Shown: positions 35,846-46,391, numbered from the stretch's first letter. The stretch is DNA of 48,796 nucleotides from Actinomycetes bacterium (GCA_021796455.1 JAKACA010000004.1:1-48796); one strand, 5' to 3'. Program-made: numbers and translations. Notes: a model not told the origin generated them from the letters alone.

Positions 35846-36967
35846 TCAGGCCGCCACAGCCGCCTCGATCGACGCGGCCACTGCACAAAGCAGCGCCTCG
35901 CTGCCGGGCAGCCCGACGAGCTGGAGGCCGCAAGATGGCCGCGAAGGGCCAACTGGTACCGGAAGCGAGATCGCGGGGAACCCGGCAAGGTTCACCGGGG
36001 CCGTCAGGACGTTGAAACCCGGGCCGAACTCCTCGAGACGGGGTGGCCGTAGTGCCAGGGTTGGCAGCGCAAGGACCCCGTAGCGACCGACTGCTGCCCC
36101 GAGGTGGTCCGCGAACCTCCTGCCGAACGCCCGCGCGTCGTCGAGCTCGCGGGCGCTCGCGTTGCGGCCAAGCTCGAAGCGGGGTCGTAGCTCACGGCTC
36201 ACCCCTCGTCCCCCATCGAGCTCCAGAAGATGGCGGTCGGACTGGTAGGCCTCGTGGGCGAGCACGAGCTGCTGGTGCCGGTGGGCCTCCGCCCACGCCT
36301 CGAGACGGACTGGCTCTGTCACAAGACCGGCCGCGGCCAGGGCACTTTCGACAGCCGCCTCGATCACGGGATCGACCGGCACCCTGGCAGGAAGCAGTGC
36401 GCGGGCCAGCACCGCGGGCAGAGCCCGGTGAGCCATATCGACGCCGAGCATCTCCATACCGAGCACCACTCGAGCGACGTCGCGTGCCAGCACTCCGACG
36501 GTGTCGTAGCTCGGAGCGAGGGGCCACACACCCTGCGTCGAGATGAGCCCCGTGGTCGTCTTCAGGCCTACGACCGCGCAGCAAGCAGCCGGGATACGCA
36601 CTGATCCACCCGTGTCCGAGCCGAGGGCGATATCGGCCTCACCGAGCGCGACGGCGACAGCCGACCCCGAGGAGGAGCCGCCAGGGACCCGTCCCGGGTC
36701 GACCGGGTTCGGTGGAGTCCCGAACCACGGGTTGATCCCGCTCGTGCCGAACGCGAGCTCGTGGAGGTTCACCTTCCCCACCAGCCGCCCGCCGGCTTTC
36801 CGGATCGCTGCTATGCAGGACGCATCGGCAAGGGCAGGCACGCCGAGATCTGCGAGGGCTCGGCATCCAGCCGTCGTGATGGAGCCCTCGACATCGATGA
36901 GATCCTTGACTGCCACAGTGGGGCCGCTACCACTCCCCGCGGGCCACCGCTCCAACCACGTCGTCAC
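35846..36967 (-). CDS. Amidase signature family protein
   Basis: VAVKDLIDV, GKVNLHELAFG and PGGSSSGSAVAVA...LGSDTGGSVRIPAACC. Confidence 0.9.
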   Translation of the reverse strand: MTTWLERWPAGSGSGPTVAVKDLIDVEGSITTAGCRALADLGVPALADASCIAAIRKAGGRLVGKVNLHELAFGTSGINPWFGTPPNPVDPGRVPGGSSSGSAVAVALGEADIALGSDTGGSVRIPAACCAVVGLKTTTGLISTQGVWPLAPSYDTVGVLARDVARVVLGMEMLGVDMAHRALPAVLARALLPARVPVDPVIEAAVESALAAAGLVTEPVRLEAWAEAHRHQQLVLAHEAYQSDRHLLELDGGRGVSRELRPRFELGRNASARELDDARAFGRRFADHLGAAVGRYGVLALPTLALRPPRLEEFGPGFNVLTAPVNLAGFPAISLPVPVGPSRPSCGLQLVGLPGSEALLCAVAASIEAAVAA

Positions 36968-37074
36968 CGACCAGGCACCTCTCCCACCGCTTTGTCCCCA
37001 CCGGTCTGCGTCTCGGGACCCACCTTAGGTCCCCTGCACAGCAAGCTGAGCCATAGACACGGCTGCGAGTCCCG

Positions 37075-37602
37075 CTAGGCCCAGTCCCCGAACAGCACCG
37101 TCGCGCGCCTGGGACCACCCTTCCCCAGAGCGGATCTGATGGCCGCACGGATCGCGCGCGGGCGTACGACCAGGAGCCTGACCACAGGATCCGTCCACGG
37201 GAGGGGCACGATCTCTCCGGCGTGGAACAAGTGCTCGCTGTCCACCCATGCAGCTCCGACGTCGGGAAGGACGGCAAGGCGCGCCCCATTGGCCACCCAG
37301 GCCACCTTGGGTCGCGCGGGCGCGGCGCGGCGAGATGACGCCGTTATGCGCCGGGTGCCCAAGCCCGGAGCCGCGAGACGGGTTTCGAGTCCCGCCGGCT
37401 TTGCTACGCAGACGAAGACGCCTGTCCGACCAAGGTCGGCATGCACGCTCGAGAGATCCGCCGCGCTCACGTCGCCCGAGCCGACTAGCTCGAATCGACC
37501 GGCAGCCGCCAAGTACCAGTCCGTCCCGAAAGCGAGACGAACGGCTCTCGGCCGGCGCTGACCGTCGACCAGATGTCCAGGCGGCGGAGCGGAGCGTGTC
37601 AT
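37075..37602 (-). CDS. Hypothetical protein (about 175 aa)
   Basis: ORF fills the gap between the amidase and DUF3048 genes and has W/F/Y content typical of a real protein. No motif recognised; an overlapping + strand ORF (37139-37561) is an alternative. Confidence 0.5.
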   Translation of the reverse strand: MTRSAPPPGHLVDGQRRPRAVRLAFGTDWYLAAAGRFELVGSGDVSAADLSSVHADLGRTGVFVCVAKPAGLETRLAAPGLGTRRITASSRRAAPARPKVAWVANGARLAVLPDVGAAWVDSEHLFHAGEIVPLPWTDPVVRLLVVRPRAIRAAIRSALGKGGPRRATVLFGDWA

Positions 37603-37619
37603 CGTCCGCAATCTTTGCT

Positions 37620-37670
37620 CACTGCCCCGCCTCGCCACTGCCCCGCCTCGCCACTGCCCCGCCTCGCCAC
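37620..37670. repeat. 16-bp tandem repeat, 3 full copies plus CAC
   Basis: CACTGCCCCGCCTCGC at 37620, 37636 and 37652. Confidence 0.9.
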
Positions 37671-37790
37671 GATCCCGCCTGGGGGGGGTCCCCCGCGGAC
37701 ACGAGCGCGTCCGGTACGGTCGCGACTGCTCTCTTGACCGCTTCAGCCTTCAAGAGGCGTCGACACCGGACGTGAAGGAAATATCAGCAA

Positions 37791-38945
37791 ATGCCAAAGT
37801 CATCTTCTCACTCGCGCCCGAGCGGGCTTGCCAGGCTTCGTTCGAAGCTGGGCCTGCGATGGCGACGCGCCGGGACCAAGACCCGGGTCACGGCCTCTGT
37901 TGCCGTTGTGGTCGTGCTGGCCGTCATCGTTGCCGGCGTCATCTCGGCTGCCTCGACACCTCACCGGAAGGCGGCAGCGGGCAGCAGCTCCACCACATCG
38001 ACCACGACGACGACCGCGCCGAGGGCTAAGGCCAAGGCGCAGCTATGTCCTCTCACCCACACCCCGGCTCCCCATGGCCGTGTGCCCCGGCGTCCCGCAC
38101 TAGCGGTGAAGATCGGGAACGACCCGGCGTCGCGACCTCAGACGGGCCTGCCCGAAGCAGACATCGTCTACGAGCAGATGGCTGAGGGAGGCATCACCCG
38201 CTACATGGCGATCTTCCAGTGCCAGGAGGCACCCGTCATAGGACCTGTCCGCTCGGTCAGATGGGACGACTGGCACGAGCTCGAGCCCTATGGCCACCCC
38301 ATCTTGGCGATCTCCGGCGGCATCATCCCCTGGGACAACAAGGTCGCGAGCCTCACTTGGCTTTACGATGCCAACGCCTCGGAAGGACCGGCCGTCGGCG
38401 CGTTCTACAGGACGTCCAACCGCGTGCCGCCCTGGAACCTTTACACCTCCTCCAAGACGCTCTGGTCGCTCGATCCGAACCACCAGCCGCCTCCGCCGCA
38501 GTTCTCTTACTCCAAGCTCACTCCGAGCGAGGCGACCACCGCCAAGGCGGCGACAATCACCAACTTCGCCGCCGGCGCCACGGTTCAGTGGACCTGGAGC
38601 GCCCGGCTCGGCGTCTGGCTCCGCTCTATCGGCGGGGTTCCGGACCTCGACTCGAGCGGATCGCAGCTACAGGCAAAGAACGTCATCATCGAGATGGTGC
38701 CAACCCGACCCGGACCGTATGCCGAGAGCGGCACGACACCCGACGTGGAGAGTCTTACGGTTGGCTCGGGACCCGCGTGGGTGCTGCGCGACGGCAAGGT
38801 CGAGAAAGGCACCTGGAACTCAGCGGGTTACGCGGACCTGACCCACTACAGGTTCCCCGACGGCAACACGATGACCCTCACACCGGGCAATACCTGGGTG
38901 GAGCTCGTACCCAACCAGTTCTATCCAGTCGCGATCCAGCGCTGA
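37791..38945 (+). CDS. DUF3048 (YerB-like) membrane-anchored extracellular protein
   Basis: TM helix, Thr-rich linker, CPLT, RPALAVKIGN..ASRPQTGL..ADIVYE..EGGITR, GPVRSVR, PPWNLY and LTPGNTWVELVP. Confidence 0.85.
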   Translation: MPKSSSHSRPSGLARLRSKLGLRWRRAGTKTRVTASVAVVVVLAVIVAGVISAASTPHRKAAAGSSSTTSTTTTTAPRAKAKAQLCPLTHTPAPHGRVPRRPALAVKIGNDPASRPQTGLPEADIVYEQMAEGGITRYMAIFQCQEAPVIGPVRSVRWDDWHELEPYGHPILAISGGIIPWDNKVASLTWLYDANASEGPAVGAFYRTSNRVPPWNLYTSSKTLWSLDPNHQPPPPQFSYSKLTPSEATTAKAATITNFAAGATVQWTWSARLGVWLRSIGGVPDLDSSGSQLQAKNVIIEMVPTRPGPYAESGTTPDVESLTVGSGPAWVLRDGKVEKGTWNSAGYADLTHYRFPDGNTMTLTPGNTWVELVPNQFYPVAIQR

Positions 38946-38999
38946 ACATGGCGCCGACATGGCCATGGGTGCACTCTGTCTGAAGATGGAGATCGTCGC

Positions 39000-40226
39000 T
39001 TGAAAGTGCTGCTGCTCGGCGCCGGCGGAGTAGGCGAGGCGGTGGCCGTGCTCGCCGGATCCAGGGGTTTCCTGGAGGAGCTCATAGTCGCCGACATCAA
39101 TGTCGAGCGAGCGGCCAGGGTGGCCGCCAGGTTCGCAGCTGCCGGGACGAGGGTTGCCTCCGACAGCATGCGGCTCGACGCCGGTGATGCCGACGCCATC
39201 AGCAAGCTCGCGAGCGCGAGGGGCGTCGACGTGATATTCAACGCCTGTGACCCTCGCTTCGTGCCGAGCATATTCAAAGCGGCAACTGATGCGGGCACCG
39301 ACTACCTGGACCTGGCGATGTCGCTGTCGCTCCCCCATCCCGAGGTCCCCTACGAGCGAGTTGGGACTATCCTCGGCGAGCAGCAGCTTGCGGCCGATGC
39401 CATGTTTCGCGACAGAGGCCGCCTCGCCCTCGTCGGATGTGGCGTCGGACCTGGGCTCTCCGACATCTTCGCGCGCTATGCCGCCGACCACCTCTTCGAA
39501 GCTCTCGATGAAGTCGGAGTTCGCACTGGGGCGAACCTCGTCGTCGAGGGTTTTGATTTCGCGCCGACCTTCAACATCTGGTCGACGATCGAGGAGTGCC
39601 TCAATCCGCCCGTGATCTTCGAGCGCGATCGCGGTTGGTTCACGACCGAGCCATTTTCCGAGCCAGAGGTATTCGACTTTCCCGCAGACATCGGCGAGGT
39701 CACGTGCGTGAACGTCGAGCACGAAGAGGTTCTCCTCATCCCTCGATGGATCGAGGCCGGCCGTGTGACCTTCAAGTACGGCTTGGGCAACGACTTCATA
39801 AGCGTGCTCCAGACCCTGCACAAGCTCGGCCTCGACTCGACCCGGCCAGTGACAGTGCGAGGTCAGGAGGTGGTCCCACGCGACGTCGTGGCGGCATGCC
39901 TGCCAGATCCATCGACCCTCGGCGACAAGATGAGCGGGCGGACCTGCGCGGGTACCCATGTGCGAGGTACTGGCAAGGACGGGAGCTACCGCCAATCCTA
40001 CCTGTACCACGTGTCCGACAACGCCGAGACGATGGGCCTCCACGGCTGCCAAGCTGTCTTGTGGCAGACCGCGCTCACGCCTGTCGCCGCGCTCGAGCTG
40101 CGAGCAAACGGGCAGTGGCAGGGATCAGGCGTGCTCGGCTGTGAAGCTTTCGACGCGGCTCCGCTGCTCGACATGCTCTGCGCCTACGGAGAGCCGTGGC
40201 ACCTCCGAGACGAGGCCCCCGAATAG
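39000..40226 (+). CDS. Saccharopine dehydrogenase / carboxy(nor)spermidine dehydrogenase-like oxidoreductase
   Basis: LLGAGGVG, DYLDLA, GCGVGPGLSD, FAPTFNIWSTIEEC and VEHEEV. TTG start with GGAG RBS. Confidence 0.82.
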   Translation: MKVLLLGAGGVGEAVAVLAGSRGFLEELIVADINVERAARVAARFAAAGTRVASDSMRLDAGDADAISKLASARGVDVIFNACDPRFVPSIFKAATDAGTDYLDLAMSLSLPHPEVPYERVGTILGEQQLAADAMFRDRGRLALVGCGVGPGLSDIFARYAADHLFEALDEVGVRTGANLVVEGFDFAPTFNIWSTIEECLNPPVIFERDRGWFTTEPFSEPEVFDFPADIGEVTCVNVEHEEVLLIPRWIEAGRVTFKYGLGNDFISVLQTLHKLGLDSTRPVTVRGQEVVPRDVVAACLPDPSTLGDKMSGRTCAGTHVRGTGKDGSYRQSYLYHVSDNAETMGLHGCQAVLWQTALTPVAALELRANGQWQGSGVLGCEAFDAAPLLDMLCAYGEPWHLRDEAPE

Positions 40227-40232
40227 CTGGGC

Positions 40233-41948
40233 TCACGAGCCCGCAGGTACGACCGTCAGCCAGTGCGGCACTGATGGGATGATCCGTCCGGCGGGACCTT
40301 GGCCGAAGAGCCACAACAGGTTCCCTGTTATCTTCTGCACCGCAGGAGCCGCGCAAGTCGAGATGTGCCTAGTGCAGGGTGTCAGGGAGTTGATCCAGTT
40401 GTTGTCGCCCGTGTCGAGCACGCCCGCCTTCGACGACCGCGACGTGTAATAGGTCATGTCGGAGTAGGTATAGCCACCCCACTGCCCCTGATCTGTCTGA
40501 GAGTTGGCAAGCGGTATCGGCGAGTGACCGAGGACCTGCAGATCCGAGGGCATGGGCCAGCTCGGGGCGACATGGTCGAAGTCGGCCTGGATGACGTTCG
40601 GAAGCTGTGACCCGTTATGGAGTCCAGTGCCCTTGAATATCCAAGAGCTCGCGTCGTAGACGACAAAAGCCGATGGCGGAGACCACGGCTCTATGAAACC
40701 CGCGTACATCTCGCCGACAAACCCGCTCTCGGGCCAGTTAGTCGGAGGCGAGAACCAGGTGTTGCCCGTCACTCGTAATGGACTGCCCTTCCCATTCAGG
40801 GGGTCCTCGGCCGCGTCCCGGTAGTCGACAACCTCCCTGTCGGGACCGAGCGGAGAGCTCTGCAGGCGAACGTGGCGCAAGATCGCGCTCGCGCCGAAGA
40901 AGACCATATTGACACCAGCAGCCATCGCCGACTGCGCAGCTCGGCGCTCGGTCAGCGACCAGCATTCGTCGTGGCCGAGCGACAACAGGGCACGGTGGCG
41001 CAGGAGGAACCTAGGGTGCTGCTGGAGAGTCACGTCGGTGGCATATGTGACATCCAGGCCGTGCTCCTCGGCGAAGCGGACAAGGGGATACTCGTTGCTG
41101 AAGAAGTCCGCAGCGCCGTTGCCAGCAAAGGGCCGATCGAAGGACACGACCCTCGCCCGGTTGCATGGCGGATAGATACCTGGCGCGCAGGTTCCGAGGC
41201 CCTGGTAGAGATCGTAGCCACCGTAGGTGTTCCACGCCTCCTCTGTGTAGACGTCATCTTTGATCACGTACGCGGCCGTGCTCGTCGGATCCCAGATCGT
41301 GAGGAGCACATAGCTCTGCTCGTTCCCACTGCCGACAAGGCGGAGCACGTAGTCGCCCGGTAGAAATGCGTGGCCCACGACGAAGGAGAGCGACGGTGAC
41401 CAGTTGTCACACGAGACCATGTTGGTAACGGGCGTGACAGGACAAGCCGGTTGATCACGTCCGGCGACTTCGCGCGACCGCCAGATGAAGCGACCGCCCG
41501 CCCCACCGTAGTAGCCCATCCGGTAGGCCATCACGTGAAACCGAGGGGCCGTCGTGCTCACGTAAAGGGTGACGCGGTTGCCCACAGCCGCGTATGTGAC
41601 GTTCGCGAAGCCGGCGATCGATCCTGTCTTCGGCTGATGCCTGATCTGCCAGCCGGTCGTGCCCGGCAGCTTGTTCTCCGCGATCACCCAGGATGCCTCG
41701 ACGCCGTAAGGACCTAGAAAGCTACGGCTGTTCGCGGGATTGGGAACGGCCGCGACCTGCCGGGACGCCGATTTTCTGGCTTTGGTTGCGCTCGCTCTCG
41801 GCGCCGGACGCGCAGCGGAGCCACCTACAAGAGCTCCGATTGCACCGATGACGGCGACGACGACGAGCAGGCTCACAGAGACGAGCAGGGGTCGCCGCCT
41901 CAACTGGCGCCTGTGTCGCGCTCCCCCCTCTTTCGCCGCAGCCGTCAT
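40233..41948 (-). CDS. Exported protein of the N,N-dimethylformamidase beta-subunit-like family (DUF6605)
   Basis: N-terminal TM segment, EN..PG..W, YRMGYYGG.GGR, AWNTYGGYDLY, VSFDRP, EYPLVRF.E..G.DV.Y and SLGHDECWS. Confidence 0.75.
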   Translation of the reverse strand: MTAAAKEGGARHRRQLRRRPLLVSVSLLVVVAVIGAIGALVGGSAARPAPRASATKARKSASRQVAAVPNPANSRSFLGPYGVEASWVIAENKLPGTTGWQIRHQPKTGSIAGFANVTYAAVGNRVTLYVSTTAPRFHVMAYRMGYYGGAGGRFIWRSREVAGRDQPACPVTPVTNMVSCDNWSPSLSFVVGHAFLPGDYVLRLVGSGNEQSYVLLTIWDPTSTAAYVIKDDVYTEEAWNTYGGYDLYQGLGTCAPGIYPPCNRARVVSFDRPFAGNGAADFFSNEYPLVRFAEEHGLDVTYATDVTLQQHPRFLLRHRALLSLGHDECWSLTERRAAQSAMAAGVNMVFFGASAILRHVRLQSSPLGPDREVVDYRDAAEDPLNGKGSPLRVTGNTWFSPPTNWPESGFVGEMYAGFIEPWSPPSAFVVYDASSWIFKGTGLHNGSQLPNVIQADFDHVAPSWPMPSDLQVLGHSPIPLANSQTDQGQWGGYTYSDMTYYTSRSSKAGVLDTGDNNWINSLTPCTRHISTCAAPAVQKITGNLLWLFGQGPAGRIIPSVPHWLTVVPAGS

Positions 41949-42035
41949 CGACTCCGACCTCTCAGCGCAGACGGGAGATGTTTCCTTGGCACCGGCGGAT
42001 CATACAAACCCGCTGGCGCAAGTAGTGATCGCGCC

Positions 42036-43484
42036 TCAGTCGAGCGCGCTCATGACGTGCTTGACTCTCGTGTAGTCATCGAAACCGTACATCGACAGAT
42101 CCTTTCCATACCCCGAGTGCTTGAATCCGCCATGCGGCATCTCGGCCACGATCGGGATGTGCGTGTTGATCCACACGCATCCAAAGTCGAGCCGTCGAGC
42201 CATGCGCATCGCCCGCCCGTGATCACGGGTCCAGACACTCGAAGCCAGTCCGTACTTGACGCCATTTGCCCAGGAGAGCGCCTGCTCCTCGTCGGAGAAG
42301 CGCTGCACGGTTATGACGGGCCCGAACACCTCGTCCTGGACCATCTCGTCATCTTGCCGAAGTCCCGCCACCACGGTCGGCTCGAACAGGTAGCCTCGAT
42401 CGCCTACGTGGTGCCCGCCGTGACGCACCTCGGCGTGCGCGGGGGTGCGCTCGATGAACCCGCTCACCCTTGCAAGCTGGTCGGCGTTGTTGAGGGGACC
42501 GTACAGGGCGTCTTCGTTCTCTGGCCCCGCAGTCACAGTGGCCTCGGCCTGGGCAACCAGTGCGGCGAGGAACTCGTCATGGACACCCGGGCCAGCCAGC
42601 ACACGGGTCGCAGCCGTGCAGTCTTGCCCGGCGTTGAAGTATCCGGCCAGAGCAATGGCTTCCGCTGCCTTCTCGACGTCCGCGTCGTCGAAGATGATCA
42701 CGGGCGCCTTGCCGCCAAGCTCCAGGTGGACCCTCTTCAGATCATGCGCGGCGGACTCGGCCACTTCCATCCCTGCACGTACTGACCCGGTTATCGAGAC
42801 CATCCGCGGCGTCGGATGGGCGACCAGTGCGCGTCCGGTGTCCCGATCGCCACAGATCACGTTGAAGACACCCGGCGGCAGGTGCTCGGCCATTATTTCG
42901 GCCATGAGGAGCGTGGAGGCGGGCGTCGTGTCCGAGGGCTTGAGGACGGTCGAGTTGCCCGCCGCGATCGCGGGCGCCCATTTCCACACCGCCATCATCA
43001 TCGGATAGTTCCACGGAGTCACCTGGGCGCAGACTCCGATGGGCTCGCGACGGATCATCGAGGTGTGCCCGCTCATGTACTCACCCGCGGAGCGCCCCTC
43101 GAGAACGCGAGCAGCTCCGGCGAAGAACCGTATCTGGTCCACCATCGGAGGGATCTCCTCCGAGAGCGTCAGACCGATTGGCTTGCCCGTGTTCTCACTC
43201 TCGACTCGAACCAGCTCTTCGGCCCTCGCCTCGATTGCATCTGCGATCTTCAGGAGCGCCCGCCCCCGCTCGGCGGGCGTCGCGTCCCGCCACACCTCGA
43301 AGGCGCTGGCGGCCGCCTCGAAGGCGGCGTCGACGTCGTCAGATTCAGAAACGGGTGCCTCGGCAAAGACGTCGCCGGTGCTGGGGTTGATGAGGTGGCT
43401 CGTACGGCCCGACTTCGCGTCGACATAATCGCCGTTCACAAAGTTCTGCAGCCGACGCAGCTCACTTCCGTTCTCGTTTGCCAT
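42036..43484 (-). CDS. Gamma-aminobutyraldehyde dehydrogenase (PatD/YdcW-like ALDH)
   Basis: [50 protein letters not shown] and [15 protein letters not shown]. Confidence 0.9.
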   Translation of the reverse strand: MANENGSELRRLQNFVNGDYVDAKSGRTSHLINPSTGDVFAEAPVSESDDVDAAFEAAASAFEVWRDATPAERGRALLKIADAIEARAEELVRVESENTGKPIGLTLSEEIPPMVDQIRFFAGAARVLEGRSAGEYMSGHTSMIRREPIGVCAQVTPWNYPMMMAVWKWAPAIAAGNSTVLKPSDTTPASTLLMAEIMAEHLPPGVFNVICGDRDTGRALVAHPTPRMVSITGSVRAGMEVAESAAHDLKRVHLELGGKAPVIIFDDADVEKAAEAIALAGYFNAGQDCTAATRVLAGPGVHDEFLAALVAQAEATVTAGPENEDALYGPLNNADQLARVSGFIERTPAHAEVRHGGHHVGDRGYLFEPTVVAGLRQDDEMVQDEVFGPVITVQRFSDEEQALSWANGVKYGLASSVWTRDHGRAMRMARRLDFGCVWINTHIPIVAEMPHGGFKHSGYGKDLSMYGFDDYTRVKHVMSALD

Positions 43485-43578
43485 ATCGCGATCCTGGCAG
43501 AGATTTGCGCGCCCGACAAGGGCTCGAGCAGGCCGAACACTGCGGAATTCGTCGTTGAAGGGCCGCTAGTGTGCAGCT

Positions 43579-45009
43579 ATGGGCGCCCAGACCTCTTCAG
43601 GCTACTCAGCTGGATCCAGGTGGCGAGAGTTGTCCTACTGGTTCGACACGCTCCCGGAGCCGGTAGGGGCGCGGCCGGCTCTCGCAGCAGACATCGACGT
43701 CGACGTCGCGATCGTAGGAGCAGGCTACACCGGCCTGTGGACCGCGTACTACCTCGCCAGGGCAGATCCGGGCTTGCGTGTCGCCGTCGTTGAGAGAGAG
43801 GTTGCCGGTTACGGCGCGTCGGGGCGCAACGGCGGTTGGTGCTCGGCTTTCTTCGCCATCTCCGACGCCGTCTTGGCGAGAGAAGTCGGTCTCGGGGGCA
43901 TGCATGCCATGCGGCGAGCCATGCAGGAATCGGTCGACGAGGTCGGTGCCGTCGCAGCAAGCGAGAATATCGATTGCCACTACCGCAAGGGAGGCTCGAT
44001 CAGCCTCGCGCGCTCGAGCACTCAGGTACGGGCCGGGCTGGCCGAGGTGGAGCAGGCGAGATCGCTTGGCCTTCGCGAGGACGACATCTGCTGGTACACA
44101 GGCGCCGAGGCGTGCGCGCTCGTCGGTGCGACATCGGTGCTCGGAGGCGTCTATACACCGCATTGCGCCTCGCTCCATCCAGCTCGCCTGGCGCGTGGCC
44201 TGGCGGCAGCAGTCGAGCGCCGGGGCGTGACCATCTACGAGCAGAGCCCCGTGACACGGATATCACGCGCCGGTCCGAGCGGAGCGGTGAACCGGCTGGA
44301 GACTCCCGGCGGCCGTGTTCGGGCCGAGATCGTCGTCCAGGCGACCGAGGGCTACAGCGCGGAGCTACCGGGCAAGCGGCGTGAGGTCGTACCTCTCTAT
44401 TCGCTAATGGTCGCCACCGAGCCGCTCCCCACGAAAGCCTTGGAATCAATTCGCCTGAGAGGAGGACTCACCTTCACTGACGGGCGCCACCTCATCATCT
44501 ACGGCCAGCTGACAGTCGACGGGAGGTTGGCCTTTGGGGGCCGCGGCGCGCCTTATCACTTCGCGTCCGGCATCGAGACGTCCTTCGAACTCGTCCCAAA
44601 GGTTCACGACGGGCTCCGCGCGACTCTCGTCGAGCTCTTTCCGGAGATAGAACGCGTGGAGATAACCCATAGGTGGGGTGGTCCACTTGGCGTCCACCGG
44701 GACTGGTACCCGTCAGTCAACTACGACAGGGCGGGCGGGCGGGCCTCGGCCGGAGCCTACGCCGGAGACGGCGTGTCTACGACCAACCTTGCCGGCCGCA
44801 CCTTGGCGGACCTCATCGCGGGAAGAGACACGCCCGAGACCCACCTGTGCTGGGTCGGGCACCGCTCACCGGCCTGGGAGCCGGAGCCGCTTCGCTGGAT
44901 CGGTGTCAATACCGGCCTTGCCGCCATGAGACTGGCTGACAGATCAGAGAGCCGTAGTGGGCGACCGTCCCGCCTCGCTGCCGTGGTGGACCGCTTGACA
45001 GGGCACTGA
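43579..45009 (+). CDS. FAD-dependent amine oxidoreductase (PuuB/OrdL, DAO family)
   Basis: SYW, DVAIVGAGYTGLWTAY, GASGRNGG, LHPARL, ATEGY, WGGP and YAGDGV. Confidence 0.85.
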   Translation: MGAQTSSGYSAGSRWRELSYWFDTLPEPVGARPALAADIDVDVAIVGAGYTGLWTAYYLARADPGLRVAVVEREVAGYGASGRNGGWCSAFFAISDAVLAREVGLGGMHAMRRAMQESVDEVGAVAASENIDCHYRKGGSISLARSSTQVRAGLAEVEQARSLGLREDDICWYTGAEACALVGATSVLGGVYTPHCASLHPARLARGLAAAVERRGVTIYEQSPVTRISRAGPSGAVNRLETPGGRVRAEIVVQATEGYSAELPGKRREVVPLYSLMVATEPLPTKALESIRLRGGLTFTDGRHLIIYGQLTVDGRLAFGGRGAPYHFASGIETSFELVPKVHDGLRATLVELFPEIERVEITHRWGGPLGVHRDWYPSVNYDRAGGRASAGAYAGDGVSTTNLAGRTLADLIAGRDTPETHLCWVGHRSPAWEPEPLRWIGVNTGLAAMRLADRSESRSGRPSRLAAVVDRLTGH

Positions 45010-45044
45010 GCCCATGCGGGCCGGGAGCTCCGAAGTCAGGCTGC

Positions 45045-46391
45045 TCAGAGCGAGCGCAGCGCCTTCTCCAGGATCTCAACGCCCTCGCTAAGAAGATCCT
45101 CTCCGATCACAAGTGGTGGGAGGATTCTGACGACGTTGTCGAACGTGCCCGCCTTCAACATGATCACGCCTTCGCTGTGGCAGCGAGCGAGCACCTTGGT
45201 GACCGCAGCGGGATCGGGGGTCTTACGAGCCCGGTCAGACACGAGCTCGACGGCCGCCATCCCTCCTATCACGCGTACATCGCCGACGGCGGCCACCTCG
45301 TCTACCAAGGGCCGCAGCCTCTGCTCTAGGACCTCACCGATTCTCTGAGCTGCCTCGACCAGACCACCACGTTCTACCTCGGCTATCGAAGCCAGCGCAG
45401 CCGCACACGACACTGGATTGCCTCCGAAAGTGCTGCCGAGGCCGCCGGGGTGGATCCTGTCGACAATGTCGGCGCGCGCTGTCACACCGCCGATCGGCAG
45501 GCCGCCTCCGAGTCCCTTGGCCGTCGTCACGATGTCCGGGATGATGCCGGAATGCTCCGACGCGAACCAGCGGCCCGTTCGCGCGAAGCCAGCCTGGACT
45601 TCGTCTGCCACGAAGACGATCCCGTTCGCGGCACAGTACTCGGCCAGAGCCGGGAGGAAGCCAGCACCGGGAATGACGACTCCTCCCTCGCCAAGCACCG
45701 GTTCGATCACGAGAGCTGCGATCCGCTCCCCGCCGATCTGGCGGTCCATCGCAGTGATGGCAGCCTCCGCGCACGCAGGTCCACACGCCTCCGGCGAGGC
45801 TCCGACCGCGCACCGGTACGGGTAGCTGAACGGCAGCCGGTAGATCTCCGGCGCGAGCGGCCCGAAGCTCTCCTTGTACGGCATGGCCTTGGAGGTCAAG
45901 CTCATCGCCAGCAGGGTCCGCCCGTGGAACGCGTGATCGAAGGCGACCACGGCCTGACGACCCGTCGCCGACCTCGCGATCTTCACCGCGTTCTCCACTG
46001 CCTCGGCGCCGGAGTTGACAAAGAAGGTGCGCCTCTCGACATTGCCGGGCACGAGGAGGTTCAGGCGCTCGGCAAGCTCGACGTAGCTCTCGTACGGGGT
46101 CACCTGGAAGCAGGTATGGGTGAAACGCGCCGCCTGCTCGGCGATGGCAGCCGCGACGAGCTCGGCGCTCGAGCCCACGTTGAGCACGGCGATGCCAGCG
46201 CCCAGATCGATGAAGGAGTTCCCGTCGACGTCCACTACGACCCCGCCGGCTGCTCGCTCTGCGAAGACCGGCAGGGTTCCGCCGACCCCGCGCGGCACGG
46301 CTGCATGTCGCCTGACCATCAGCTCTGAAGAGCGCGGGCCGGGTAGCTCGGTGACGATCTGCCTTTTTTGCGCGACTTTGGAGATCTCCAC
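45045..46391 (-). CDS. gabT: 4-aminobutyrate--2-oxoglutarate transaminase
   Basis: FTHTCFQV, NSGAEAVENAVK, FHGRTL, EPVLGEGG, DEVQAGFARTG, TAKGLGGG and GSTFGGNP. GTG 46391 with GAGGGAG RBS; 46427 is an alternative. Confidence 0.9.
   Translation of the reverse strand: MEISKVAQKRQIVTELPGPRSSELMVRRHAAVPRGVGGTLPVFAERAAGGVVVDVDGNSFIDLGAGIAVLNVGSSAELVAAAIAEQAARFTHTCFQVTPYESYVELAERLNLLVPGNVERRTFFVNSGAEAVENAVKIARSATGRQAVVAFDHAFHGRTLLAMSLTSKAMPYKESFGPLAPEIYRLPFSYPYRCAVGASPEACGPACAEAAITAMDRQIGGERIAALVIEPVLGEGGVVIPGAGFLPALAEYCAANGIVFVADEVQAGFARTGRWFASEHSGIIPDIVTTAKGLGGGLPIGGVTARADIVDRIHPGGLGSTFGGNPVSCAAALASIAEVERGGLVEAAQRIGEVLEQRLRPLVDEVAAVGDVRVIGGMAAVELVSDRARKTPDPAAVTKVLARCHSEGVIMLKAGTFDNVVRILPPLVIGEDLLSEGVEILEKALRSL

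Noticed and set aside
37620-37670. Possible CRISPR array
   Set aside because: Head-to-tail 16-bp units with no spacers, and no cas genes.
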